Source of the DNA: Callorhinchus milii
Lineage: Eukaryota
Assembly: GCF_018977255.1 (NCBI RefSeq)
Contig: NW_024704743.1
Span: 88,228,001 to 88,292,000 of the forward strand
Direction: 5' to 3'
Length of the DNA stretch: 64,000 nt
The notes beneath the pieces are model-generated. The model made no database searches and was not told the DNA's origin. It was given only the letters and a program-made list of their open reading frames with translations. A program made the translations under genes and the position numbers. Shown one piece after another: positions 1 to 11,424 of the stretch (the stretch's first letter is position 1; each line of letters begins with the position of its first letter).

Positions 1-9
1 AAATAGAAG

Positions 10-110
10 TAATCCTTGCATTTGATATAGTGCCCTTTCATGTTAGGACGACATCTCAAAATATTCGCATGATCTACCATGAAATGAAGTGACTGTATTT
101 TGTCAGTGAA
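10..110 (-). mobile_element. SINE 3' fragment (TTA-tailed family)
   Basis: taatccttgcatttgatatagtgcc is the reverse complement of the tail (gctatatcaaatgcaaggatta) seen in the full copies in this window. Confidence 0.7.
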
Positions 111-384
111 CAGGTTGGAATGGGAGATCAGTGTTCTTTCATGCCTGGGAAAGGCAGTTCAGATATTATACCATTGTCTAGAGTACATTGTGGTGAAAGT
201 GATAAATATGATGTGATTAATATAACATGACACTAAAAAAATTAGAAGATTTATTTTTAACAGAAAGTTGTTAGAATGTAGATTTTCTTGCCAGCCTTTC
301 TTTCTGTTAGTTCCCTTGATGTGAACAATCATATCTGTTGCCTTTTGTTCAGTAAAGTTCAATCCTTTAACAGTTCTGTAACAT

Positions 385-545
385 ATGGAATCATGGAACT
401 TGCAGTTCAAGGAGAAGATTGTTCAGCCCATTCAGCCTGAACTGGTGCTAGCTCATTCTAACTCCTCCATATCCCAATTCCCTGTAGACTTTTATGTTCC
501 TCTTCAAATGTTTATCCAAATCCCAGTGTGTATCCACTGGTTCTT
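385..545 (-). mobile_element. CR1-type LINE 3' end fragment, old
   Basis: gttcagcccattcagcctg resembles the reverse complement of the CR1 3' UTR motif; degenerate. Confidence 0.4.
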
Positions 546-1092
546 TTCCTTCTTTTTCTGTAAAATTGGCTCTTGCGATCTGTTTAACAACAGCTATTAG
601 AATAATAATCTTGGGATCCTGCACTTGGAAGTGTATCCGAAGGGTTAACAATAACTTTCCACTGGTTGTTCTGCTTAGTGGCATTCACGCAGTCACGTGG
701 CAAGCTCCCAAACTCCTCAAAAAGGTGGACAATACCACATGCAACCAGATGTTAATATGTAAACGAGGATGCCAATTGTTTTTTTAAGCATACTTTATCC
801 ACAGAGCTAGGAACATAAATAATGCAATATCAGATCAACAGTATTTAACAGGTAATCTCCCTTTCCTTTAAAATCACAGCAGCAGAATCCTTTTTAAATC
901 ATGCTTTTTTTTTCTTCTTCACAGCTTTTCATTCTCTGAGTTTACATCCCTGGGTCACATACACACAAATGCTCCTCCCCACATGTATTTGCATGCACTG
1001 ATTGAGCTTGAATGATTGATGATCTCTTCTACCCTGACACACAGCAAAGAGAGAAAAACTTACATCTTTAAATTGGAATAAGATCCCAACCA

Positions 1093-1490
1093 CCAACAAC
1101 AACAACTTGTATTTATATAACGCCCTTCACACGGGGTAAAGTCCTGGAATGGTTGACAGTGGAAGAGTCTGACAATGTACCAGGGGGAGAGGGAAGTGAC
1201 TATAAGCAAAATCAAAAAGTAAGATCTCTAGGTGGGATTTGAAGGTGGGGAGGGAGGGGGCAAGGCGAAGGGATTGGGGGAGAGAGTTCCAGAGTTTTGG
1301 GGCCTAATGGCTGAAGGCACAGCCACCGATTTGGAGGGCACGAGGGACAAACAGAAGACTGGAGTCAGCCGAGCGGAGGCAATGGGTAATGGATTGAGGG
1401 GTGAGCAGGTCAGATAGGTAGTGTCGTGCAAGCGCATCAAGGGATTTGAAAGTGAGTGAGAGGATCTTGAAATCGATCCGTTCGGTGATC
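1093..1490 (-). mobile_element. L2 LINE 3' fragment
   Basis: (CAA)n tail plus ttgtatttatataacgccc; minus-strand peptide RIDFKILSLTFKSL...YLSDLL...LRSADS typical of the L2 ORF2 C-terminus. Confidence 0.85.
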
Positions 1491-1699
1491 GAGAATGTTT
1501 GCAAATGTGGAAAAAAACATTTCTTGGAGATTATTCGTGAGTTATTGCTGTAACAGATTGATTTATGTGTATCGTCTTAAGTAAATGTAGCAGTGAATTT
1601 GTACACAACAGTGTCCACAATCAGTGATGGTGTGAATGAATCTATGGGATTCTTGGCTAGGAGAATGGAAGAAATTCTTCGCTTTTTTTATGCTATGCT

Positions 1700-1918
1700 T
1701 TTTTCTAATAGTGCCATGATCTCTATCGTCCACCTGAACAGACAGATAAGACTTCAATTTAACATCTCATTGAAAGGACGGCACCTGAAACAATGCAATA
1801 CTAACTAGCAATATATTGGAGTGTCAACCAAGATTGTGAGTTCCAAATCCCTAAAGTGGGGCTTGAACCCACAGCCTTCTGACTCTGAGGGAGGAGTGCC
1901 ACCAACTGAGTCAGGCTG
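1700..1918 (-). mobile_element. DeuSINE-type SINE (tRNA head + Deu-like core)
   Basis: ggggcttgaacccacagccttctgactc (B-box head, reverse) and atagtgccat...gtccacctgaacagacag core. Confidence 0.75.
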
Positions 1919-2234
1919 AAACTTAAGCTTGCTAAATCCTTTTGGCTCAATAGTAACCTGCTACAACAACAACAACTTGGTTTATATAGCATCCTTCACA
2001 CAGGTAGCCTTCATAGTATATATGTGGGAATCCATGGTAGCAGTTCCCAGGGCTTTTCAGGTCGGCTTGGACACCGCCGCTGTGATTTTAAAGGAAAGAG
2101 CAACAGTAACTGTTCTAACCCTCTTGAATGACCTTGGTAATGTAAATGGATGGAGATTGAATAAACTTCTAAATTCAACAATAACTGTATTCCTGAAGCA
2201 TAACTGTAGCTCTGTCTGTCCATAACTCTGTCTG

Positions 2235-2303
2235 TCCAGTGCCTTGGGATGTCCTCCCGATGTGAAAGGTGCTTTACAAGTGTAATTTTGTTGTTGTTGT
2301 TGT
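2235..2303 (+). mobile_element. L2 3' tail
   Basis: gggatgtcctcccgatgtgaaaggtgct...(TTG)n, matches the end of the L2 at 13140-13195. Confidence 0.8.
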
Positions 2304-2819
2304 AGCTTTGCACGAGGCAGACTGAGCACCTGGGGCATTGCATGGTAAGCAACATGACCTGCGTTCCTCCAAAGGAAAAAGCTTCCCAGCAGCACTGGTG
2401 GTCTATTTCTGGCAAATACCACTGCTGGCATTATTTAACTACCTTCCTGGAGCAGCACGCAAGTAGCTGAGAGGTTTGTATAACCTTGTTTGGCTTCAGT
2501 TACTCAGATTTAGAAGAAACAACACAAGTACAATTTACACCCTGTAACCTTCCCAAAATTCACATCTGAAGAATGCATTGCATCAATTACTCCAATCACA
2601 AAAACACTGACTGCATTTAAGAAAACCAAATTGTTCAGAACTTGCTATTTAACTTTAAATTATATTTACTATCCCTCAACCCTCGCAGTTAACTTTTGTA
2701 ACAAATCATGGACACCACAATCTTTCTTCAGTCATTGCCTCTCCCAATCCCTGACTCTGTTGTTCATTTCAATCCGTTTGTCTTAATCAGTCTATTGTTC
2801 TCTCTCCTGATAATAATAA

Positions 2820-3230
2820 AATAATAGTAATACTTGTATTTTATATAGCACCTTTCATGTTGAGAGGATGTCTCAAAGTGCTTGTATTATGTGGGCAAAT
2901 GCAGCAGCTAATTTCCACACAGCAAAAATCCCAGCAACAGCCATAAAGTGAATTTCCAATCTTGTTTTGGGGGATGGTTGGCAAGGACACCGAGAGAAAC
3001 TTCCTTGTCTTTTTGATTCGTGCCATGGAATCTCTAAGGTCCACCTAAACAAGCAGACAGGAGCTCGGTTTATTATGTTGCCTGAAGGATGGTACTTCCA
3101 ACAATGTAGTGCACCACCAGCATTGTATTGGAGTCCCAACCTATATTGTGCAATCAAACGCCCCAGTATGAGGCTTGAACCCACAACTTTCTGACTCGGA
3201 GATGAGAATATTACTAATTTAGCAAGGTTT
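2820..3230 (-). mobile_element. Near full-length DeuSINE-type SINE
   Basis: TAA tail, gtgccatggaatctctaaggtccacctaaacaagcagacag core, ggcttgaacccacaactttctgactc head. Confidence 0.8.
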
Positions 3231-3629
3231 ATACCATTATGTGATAATGTTTCTCCTAAGGCTCTATGTCTGTTATTTTCACCTAATTCTCTCTGGTTTA
3301 TTTTTTGTGCTGAAATGGTTTCCTTCTCCCTCCTCTACATCAATCTATCACCTGTTACAGTTTATTCCTGCTTTCTCTCTCTCTCGCTCTCTCTCCACAA
3401 ATATGCAGAGCAGGCCCCAGATATGAACTTCCATGTTCCACACCCACGTCTGAGCACATTACAACTCCGGCAATGTGTATCAGGATACAGGCAGCTGACT
3501 TCTGTGACATGATGAAACTCTTGAGCTTTAATAGAAAAATAAATCATTGAGAACGCAGTCAGCATAACTCACTCAAGATTAGATTTAGGTAAATACAAGT
3601 AAGGTTTCAGATTCAGCTTTCACAAGATA

Positions 3630-4030
3630 GCAAGAGAGAGTCGATCAAGAAGGTCCTTGGCTCAGTCAATCTCATCTTTCCTAACTATCAACCTACCACC
3701 TTCCATTTAGAGCATCAAGCTGTTTCTTAAATTAGTTCAGTGTCCTGGCCTCAACCACTCTTCCTGGCAACCTATATTCCAATTTTAATTGCCTTCTGTG
3801 TAAAGAAATACTTCCTCCCATCTGTCCTAAAATTCCCCTTTATAACCTGAACCTGTACCCTCTTATCCTGCTGCTTGGGGTGATCTGAAAGTATTGTTTT
3901 GGATTTAGTTTTCATTTAGAATCTTCTATTCCTCTACAAGATCTTTTCTGGGACATTTCTTTTCCTAGCTTATCCAGTCGTTCCTCAGAGTTCATCCCTC
4001 TAAAGAGAGGAGATCAGCCTTGGTGTTCTC
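3630..4030 (-). mobile_element. CR1 LINE 3' fragment
   Basis: ggcctcaaccactcttcctggcaacc..ttcc and ttctgtgtaaagaaata: reverse of the CR1 FFTQRV..WN.LP region. Confidence 0.7.
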
Positions 4031-4417
4031 TGTAGTACAAAATACCTCAATTTTAAAAATGTACAAAAGTGTCACTTTAATTACAGGCCATTGTGCATAT
4101 CTGAACAAATGATAACACCTATGATTCTTAGGTTAGGAGAACCCATGTTATAAGCTTTATTCACTGAGAATGGTATCAGTTGTGTAAAAATCACAAGCAA
4201 TGAAATCTACAATGAACGGCTTGAAGAGGATAGATTAATAGAGATAAAAGGATAAATAGCAGGGATAAAAGAAGAGAATTTTGGAAAAGGTAAATAGAAA
4301 ATATTTAAAGTTTATCCAAAACAATATTTGGGTCTAAAAAGTGATTTTGGCAAAGATATCACACACAACAGCTCCTGCCAGTGCTCAAAATTAAATCACA
4401 TTGCTCAGGTCTGTTCC

Positions 4418-4530
4418 AATAATAATACTTGCATTGGATATAGCACCTTATCACATCGTTGAGACGTCTCAAAGAGTTTCACAGAATACACTGTAAACTG
4501 TAGTGACTGTGTGTTTTGGGGGCGAAACAC
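4418..4530 (-). mobile_element. SINE 3' fragment
   Basis: aataataatacttgcattggatatagcaccttatcacatc. Confidence 0.8.
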
Positions 4531-4634
4531 AATCAGAGGTAAATTGTGTTGTAGGGAGATCCTGGAGGAACAACTCCAGTTATCAGCTCAGAATCGCGAT
4601 GTGCAAATGTGCAAAAAAGTTTGAAAATACCTTG

Positions 4635-4836
4635 TTCCACCCAGGTCTAGATTTAATCTATTTTCTTAGCAATTCAGAGTGTTGCAAATTGTTGAATGCT
4701 GTCTAAAGTTTGAAACTGTTTTCCCCTAATTCTTAGAAGAAACAAGCTTCAAAATTAAGACTGCATTTAGGAATTTATCAAATTCTGAGCGCTATGAATT
4801 GGTAAGAAATTAGAGTAAATCTAGACTTGGGCGGAA
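4635..4836. mobile_element. Palindromic MITE-like element (family A)
   Basis: ~45 bp imperfect terminal inverted repeat: ttccacccaggtctagatttaatctattttcttagcaattca vs tgaattggtaagaaattagagtaaatctagacttgggcggaa. Confidence 0.75.
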
Positions 4837-5847
4837 TATCTTCCTCTTTGTCTCTATTATCTCTCTAAAGTGTGGCTTCATATAATGGAAAGATACATGG
4901 TTGCAAACTATTGCTATTAAAACCTCTTGGGAAAAACAAGAAATGAATGGTGATCAATGCTGGAGTTGGACAAAAAATAAAAGAATATAGAACAAAAATC
5001 TCTGATAAACACTTCTACTACAAAATAGCAGAGCAAATGCTGAGATCCAAAATAGCACTATTGTAATATGAAATGAATGTGCTTTCACCCTAGGATTTAT
5101 GACATTATGCTGCAGAATTTTGTTAAATGGTTCCATTGTCATTATTTTCTTTAGAAACCTAGCGATTTGCTTAGAGTGATATAAATTATTTTATAAATAA
5201 GGAATCCTCATTTTAATCCCTGCTGAATCCACATGAATGAAAGTGCTTTTGCCTCAAATGTACATCAGTGTTGAAAATAGCTTCACCCAGAATGTGGGCC
5301 ATTGCTGGTAATTTGTTGTAACGATGATGTGGGTGATGTTATGACAGGTTTGATGGAACTAACGTTAGCAATTTCAGACAGGATTTTTTTTAGTTTTCAG
5401 ACTTCATTGGTGAACTTATATATAATAGATGAATGTTTGGATTATGATTTCTTTACGTGTCAAAGCTTTGCGACTCGGATGAAAAATGTGCTCTGCATGT
5501 GTATGCGGAATAGGTGATAGAACTGGACACGCACCATGCCGATTACTTCCACATGTTTGCAACTATTTGTATTGAATATGAGAAGGACAAAGCGCAAGGA
5601 GTTTCATGGCTGTATCATAATTTGGGTTTCACTTTAATTTCAGCACAATGGGCAGAAGTCTGGATTTGTACAAAGAATGAGGTTGGATCCCCAGCCCCCA
5701 CCCCCACACACACATACAAATTGTGAAATGAAATCATAATAAAATGGCCTAATTTGCATTTATATAATGGAATCCCATTAGAACTCCAGTCATCCACGTC
5801 ACAGCAGAATTCCCAATGGTTCACATGACACACTATTTATGATTTAG

Positions 5848-6148
5848 TTGTCCATTTGGTTTAGTTGGTAACACTCCTGTCTCTGAGTCAGAAGGTTTGT
5901 GTGTTCAAACCACATGTCAGCTTGAGCTCACATGACAGGCTGATGCTCCTGTGTAGTGCTGGGTGAGTTGGTGCATTGTCAGAGGTGTTGTCCTTTAGAA
6001 ACCTATCTGCCTTATCAGATGGACTTTAAAGATCCGGTGACATTATGTGAAAAGGCAGGGGAATTCCCTTGGTTTCCTGACCAATAATTCCCCAGTCATT
6101 CACTTCTTGATAAGGTGCTATATCAAATTTGAGGATTATTATTATTAT
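5848..6148 (+). mobile_element. DeuSINE-type SINE
   Basis: ctctgagtcagaaggtttgtgtgttcaaacc head, cagatggactttaaagatcc core, gctatatcaaat..gattattatt tail. Confidence 0.75.
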
Positions 6149-6454
6149 GCTTCAAGTTACTGGAAAAGTTCAATTTCATTATTGAATACCTTGTTAAGAA
6201 ATGGCACTAAGAAATATTACAATTAAAGCCCAGAATTTCTTAATAGGTCTGAACACACAAGATTAAAATGATGAAGGGGAGGGGGTGTTGTGAAATGTGA
6301 CATTTGATATGATAATTATCGCTGCCAACAATTAGCACATTACACATTGTATGTTTCCTCCCAATATTCATGTGCTATTCAGGTCACACAGGGTAAAACA
6401 TTTTAGAGGCTTCAGGGTATAAATTGCAATGTTTCTTAACTTGTACCTTGTGTT

Positions 6455-6600
6455 AATAATAAATTATAATAATTCTTATATTTTGTATAATGCCCAGGAG
6501 GATGTCAAAAAGAGCTTCATGGAATATACTGTAAAGTGTGGTGACTGTGTTTTGTGGGCAAATATGGCAACCAATTTGCACACAGCAGTGTCCAACAAAT
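6455..6600 (-). mobile_element. SINE 3' fragment
   Basis: actgtaaagtg..gactgtgttttgtgggcaaa..caatttgcacacagcagtgtcc. Confidence 0.7.
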
Positions 6601-7239
6601 AGTAAGAAGTTAACTTAATTAGCATTGGGTTAAGAAACGCCACAAATGATTCCCCCCTTCTCCTTTCTATATATTTTTTCTTCAACAATATAATTTACAG
6701 TGAAGCCCAGTGCAGCTTCATTTTAGGACGAGAGGAAAGTACCTCACCACATAAATGTGATGAACATACCCTGCGAAATTCAAGTTCCTTGAAGCAGAAA
6801 ATTCTAATATGCAATACAGGAAAATCCACAAGGATTCAATTGACAGGATGCAGACTCTAATTGTACAGGTTCTAAACCAGGCTTCATATGGTGGACTCCC
6901 ATTGTCAGTAATAGGTCAGGGTAGACAAAATGCTATTTCTAGCTACAATTGAATCTAATGGAATTTCTGTTTCTGTTGTAATAGCACCAGTGTGAAGTGA
7001 TGCCTCAAAGTACTTGAATCTAAGCAAAAGCATCTGCAAGACTGCATCGCTGGGCTGGGATGAGCACTACTCAGCCTCTGTAGAGGTGAGTAGCCATGCT
7101 AAAATTTAATTTAAAAAAGTACAGAGATTTTTTTCCGCAAATATAATGATTGTGTTGGCTTGCTGTATTGGAGCTGTGACTGGTGTGCTGTGAGTTCACC
7201 CTGTAATATCCCAAATGGTAAGTTTCTGATTTCACTTAG

Positions 7240-7500
7240 ATGAAACCAGGGTCTTTTGCGACAGAAAAGGGCATTTGGTTGCAGTGGTGAAGGGGTGTGA
7301 GAAAGCAATGGGGCAGGCAGAGGCAGAGTTGAAGGGGCAGATGAGAGAGTTAATAGTTCCAGGGACAAAGAGGTGGGGTTGGGATTTGCAGAGAAAGAGT
7401 GTCAAGGACAGGGTCAAAGTTGTAGGCAGAACGGTAGAGCAGGAGTTGTTGACCGGAGCCAGAATTGAGGGACAGAAGGGCATTGTTATCATGAATGGGA
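7240..7500 (-). mobile_element. Old L2-like fragment
   Basis: purine-rich plus strand with L2-like composition; no decisive motif. Confidence 0.35.
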
Positions 7501-7654
7501 TAATTAATCGATTGTATCTGTTAGGAAAAGTTGCATTCTAATCCCTATGTTTGCTATTTAGCATTATTTGGAAGCTTGAATAGGTAGACCAATTCCTACT
7601 ACAAACTGTTATGTTACTACATCTCCAAATCTCATTCATGAGCAAGACAGGCAT

Positions 7655-7720
7655 TCCCCAGTCCTGCTCAAACTGCACAGTGCTCTGTTTATTCCACACC
7701 TGGAGTACTGCCAAATGCCT
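7655..7720 (+). mobile_element. CR1 RT fragment
   Basis: translates LKLHSALFIPHLEYC, resembling CR1 L.LY..LVRPHLEYC. Confidence 0.65.
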
Positions 7721-9020
7721 TCTGCATCCATACTTTTCGATGATCGTGCAAATACCTCAGATTATTCCGGACTTGCTTGGCTTTGTAGCCTATTTCCTCT
7801 GAGCCAGTTTAACCCAGGGGATACCCCACTTAGCTTCCCCCATGCAATTTTTAACACATGGTTCTCATTCCATCAACATCAAAAGGGTTAAGGACTGAGT
7901 GGATCCACCAGGATTCAACCCCAGAAATTTGAAGATTGACATCCAGTGCTTAACTGATTGAGTTACTCAGCATATTCTCTTGTTAAGGTGAGGGTGAGGA
8001 AGCAGTAGGAGATGTTAAACATGAAGATTGAACCAACCCATATGGTATGCACAAAGAAAACTGAGCTGAAGACATTATTCTCCTTGAGTCTCTATTGACA
8101 AATGGAATATAGAGAGGGAAAGGTCAAATAATAACAGAAAAACAAATACAATTTTTATTTATGTGAAGCACGACATTTATATATATCCCTTCTGCATACT
8201 CATTAATATACTGGCCTTTTGACCTGTGCTTTCTCCCCAGATGTTGAAATAGCTGTCAGGGCAGAGACAGAGGAACAGGAGCTCTCAGAGGACAAACTGA
8301 CCTCAGTGCACCTGCAGCACCAACATCAGCCTCAGGCAGGTACCACATCACCCCAGATGCAGGAACAGCTAACAGTGTATGGCTGTGCGAGGGTGACATG
8401 CCTGACATGGGTGAATAGGATTAGCAAGGGTGGAGGGTCCCTGAAGGTCTGGCAGACAGGTTGAGAAGGGGGAGAGGCAGGCAGCACGAAAGGCAATTTT
8501 TAAAAGCAAGCTCTTGCACCATTAGCATAAGAATGGATAAAGTGGTCAAATGCAGGGTATATAAAGCTTTGCAGGGTTTCAGTATGTGTATATTTTTATG
8601 ATGTTGTTTCCCACGCTGATGTTAATGTGAATTAACTGCTCAGGAGATTACGATAATACAGATTGCCAGAGAGATTCTCTCAGGAGCTGCACAATGAATT
8701 CAATGGCTGGGCTGTTAAAAGACATCATGAAGCACATCCAGATGGTTTAGACTGCATTGGTAACAAGCTGGAGACTATTATCTCAGAAACCTCATAGTGG
8801 AAACCAGATCTGCTTTCGGGCAGGTTGGCACAATCTGTAACTATTCAGAATGCATCAATTAGCACTGTGACTTGTGAACACATGCAGGACACCCTCAGGA
8901 CTCTATACACTCTCATTCAGGGGCAGTCACTCACTGTGGGTCAATACACAGAAGTGCAGTGCCCACAGAGACTGACCTTTCAGGCCCCTAGGAGTTAGAC
9001 GACTGTTGCCCTTTGGGGAA

Positions 9021-9197
9021 CCTGAATTTCAATTTGAAATTTCACCTAGTTTTAGCCTACAAGACAATTTTGTCTTAGAATTTAAGGTCACACAATAGTG
9101 GAGAATTCTTGAATTCCAACTTAGTTTGGAAGCTGGTTCTTTTTAAGAACTGTGGAAAATCATTCTTATAAGCTAAGACCTGGTGGAATTTCAGGCC
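9021..9197. mobile_element. Palindromic MITE-like element (family B)
   Basis: gaaatttcacctagttttagcctacaaga ... tcttataagctaagacctggtggaatttc inverted ends; related copy at 20740-20958. Confidence 0.6.
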
Positions 9198-9224
9198 TCC
9201 GGTGTTTCTAATATTCCACTTTAT

Positions 9225-9372
9225 TGGATACATACTTCAAGTAAATAATATTACAGGCTATGGGGAAAGATCAGGGGAATGAGATTAGAATACATAGCTC
9301 CAGTGGGGGACCCAGCACCACAACAGACACAATGGTCCAAATGGCATCCTTCTGTGTTCTTAACTTTCTATA
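9225..9372 (+). mobile_element. CR1 3' UTR fragment
   Basis: ggctatggggaaag...acaatggtccaaatggcatccttctgtgttct. Confidence 0.65.
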
Positions 9373-9719
9373 ATACCACCTCAAACATATGAAGGACCAT
9401 GTACCAAGAGCTTTATCTGCTTTAAGAGCTGCTTTAAGAAATGCCACATCTCTTATACTAATATGCAGAAGTAGTCGGCATAAGAACAGCAAGTACCCCA
9501 GCAACGGGCTTCGATAATACACACATAATTAATCTCAATGCACTATTTAAAATAAATGCAACAGCTATCAAATTGATGTTAAAGGTGAAACTTTCTTCAA
9601 ATTTGTACAACGTCAGGATTACAGAAAACCTTGCTCCCAGAAAAGGAAAAAAATTGCATTGACCTTTAAGAGTGCATCAGGATGATTGCTGTTTGGAAGC
9701 AGTCAGCAAGGTACAGAGA

Positions 9720-10228
9720 AAGAACAACACTTATATAGGATCTTTCACGTAAGATAATGTCTTGAGCTGATCACAGCTATGGTGTGAAAGTAGGGGGTAG
9801 GAAGAAGGTCAATACAGAATTGGTCGAAGAAGTAGGTTTTTAGAAGAGTTTGGTAAACAGGGAGGGAGAAACTGTGGTTGAGGGAGTTCGGGAGGAATTA
9901 CAGAGAGCAAGGGCATAATAACTGAAAGGTCAGCTGCTAATGGTGGGGTAGAAGGTTGAGTGATTTACAGCAGGCCTGTGTTTGCAGAGTGGAGGGAGTG
10001 AACAGGAGAGAAGGTCTGGAGGAGATTGCAGAGGTAGGGACAGACGAGGGCAGGGAAGGATTTGGAGGTCAGAACAAGGATCTTGAAATCAATTTCAAGA
10101 GAGAGCTAGTGGAGCATGGCAATGATGGGTACACGGAGCACAGTGTGGGAGAGGAGAAAGGATGTGGAGTTCTAGATGATCTGGAGATTGTGGAAGGGTG
10201 AGCTGGGGAGACTGGTGAGGAGAGAATA
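9720..10228 (-). mobile_element. Old L2 3' fragment
   Basis: aacaacacttatatag tail; aggatcttgaaatcaat...gtggagc (reverse of LH.L...IDFKIL). Confidence 0.7.
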
Positions 10229-10229
10229 T

Positions 10230-10385
10230 GAACATTTAAGATAATGAAAAGGTTTGAAAGAATTAATTGTGAAAAAAGACTCTTTCTGCTAGTAGGAGAT
10301 TCAAGATTGTGAACAGGAAAGTAAAAGTAAAGTTTGGAAGAACTTCTCCCAGAGGGTTGTCAGAGTATGGAATGAATTGTCAGAA
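10230..10385 (+). mobile_element. CR1 fragment
   Basis: tttaagataatgaaaaggtttga...ttctcccagagggttgtcagagtatggaatg (FKIMK..; FSQRVV.VWN). Confidence 0.7.
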
Positions 10386-10458
10386 GCAGCTGCACTCTCC
10401 CTCTGCTCCACGGCTTGTTATGTGGCTCTGCTTTGTGGAGCCTTTGACGCCCATCATC

Positions 10459-10860
10459 ATAATAATAATAACCCTTGCATTTGGTATAACACTTTATCAC
10501 ATCTTCAAAACACACTCTATATTTGCCTTGAACTATCTTCTATCTGCCAAACAAAAGAATCATGCACATACCTTATATAATAATCCTTGCATTTCATTAT
10601 AAAGCTTTATAATAATAATAATTCTTGCATTTGACACAGATCCTTATCATGTCATTGAGATGTGTCAAAGCACTTCACATAATATATTGTAAAGTGAGTG
10701 ACTGTGTATTTTGTGGGCTCAAAGTATTTTATCTCAATGTCATTGAGATGTCTCAAATTGCTTCACATTGTGAAGCGTATTTTTAGGTGAATGTAGCAAT
10801 CCATTTGCACAACGATTCCCTAAAAACCACCATGAAAAGTCATGAAGTTAATGACCATTT
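10459..10860 (-). repeat. Stack of 3-4 partial SINE 3' ends in tandem
   Basis: aataat..cttgcattt recurs at ~10460, ~10578 and ~10611; gtcattgagatgt.tcaaa recurs at ~10650 and ~10740. Confidence 0.75.
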
Positions 10861-11139
10861 TATTTGAGGGCAAGTCAGTGGGTGAAACTCTTTTTGAATC
10901 ATCAAGCAGGCTAATGAATGCATTTTATGAAACAGCTCGGTGCATTGGTGGGAGGACAGTAGGGTGAGTGTTCTGGAAGGACAAGATAAAATTGGTCGAA
11001 GGGCTGTCTTCATTCAAACCAATCTTGTGATCTTTTGAAACCTCATATTTAAACCAATGATCTTTCACTTGTGGTCCAACACACAATCTGATCACTCATG
11101 AATGTAATCTGTCTGATTTAATATATCAAACAAAACCAT

Positions 11140-11410
11140 AAAAATCGATGACACGGTAAGAGGCTGTTCAATCCATTATATTAATATCAGTGTTTGCTCC
11201 TCCATGAATCATCAATCCAAATCCCAATTCCCTGCTATTCCCCATATTCCCTGATATCTTTTCTCCGCATGTACCTACTTAATTCCCTTTTAAATGCCCC
11301 TAATCGATTCTGCTTCAATACCCACCCCTGGCACTTCATTCAATACTCCCACAAACCCCTGAGAGTAAAATTCTTGCTAACTTCCCTTTCATGCTCCTAG
11401 TTATAATCTT
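11140..11410 (-). mobile_element. CR1 3' fragment
   Basis: aggctgttcaatcc, ttccctgctattcccc, accctgagagtaaaattctt. Confidence 0.6.
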
Positions 11411-11424
11411 AAATAATGCAAGGG

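Noticed and set aside
10459..10800. CRISPR-like spaced repeats
   Set aside because: Irregular, degenerate SINE tails in eukaryotic DNA; no constant repeat-spacer period and no cas genes
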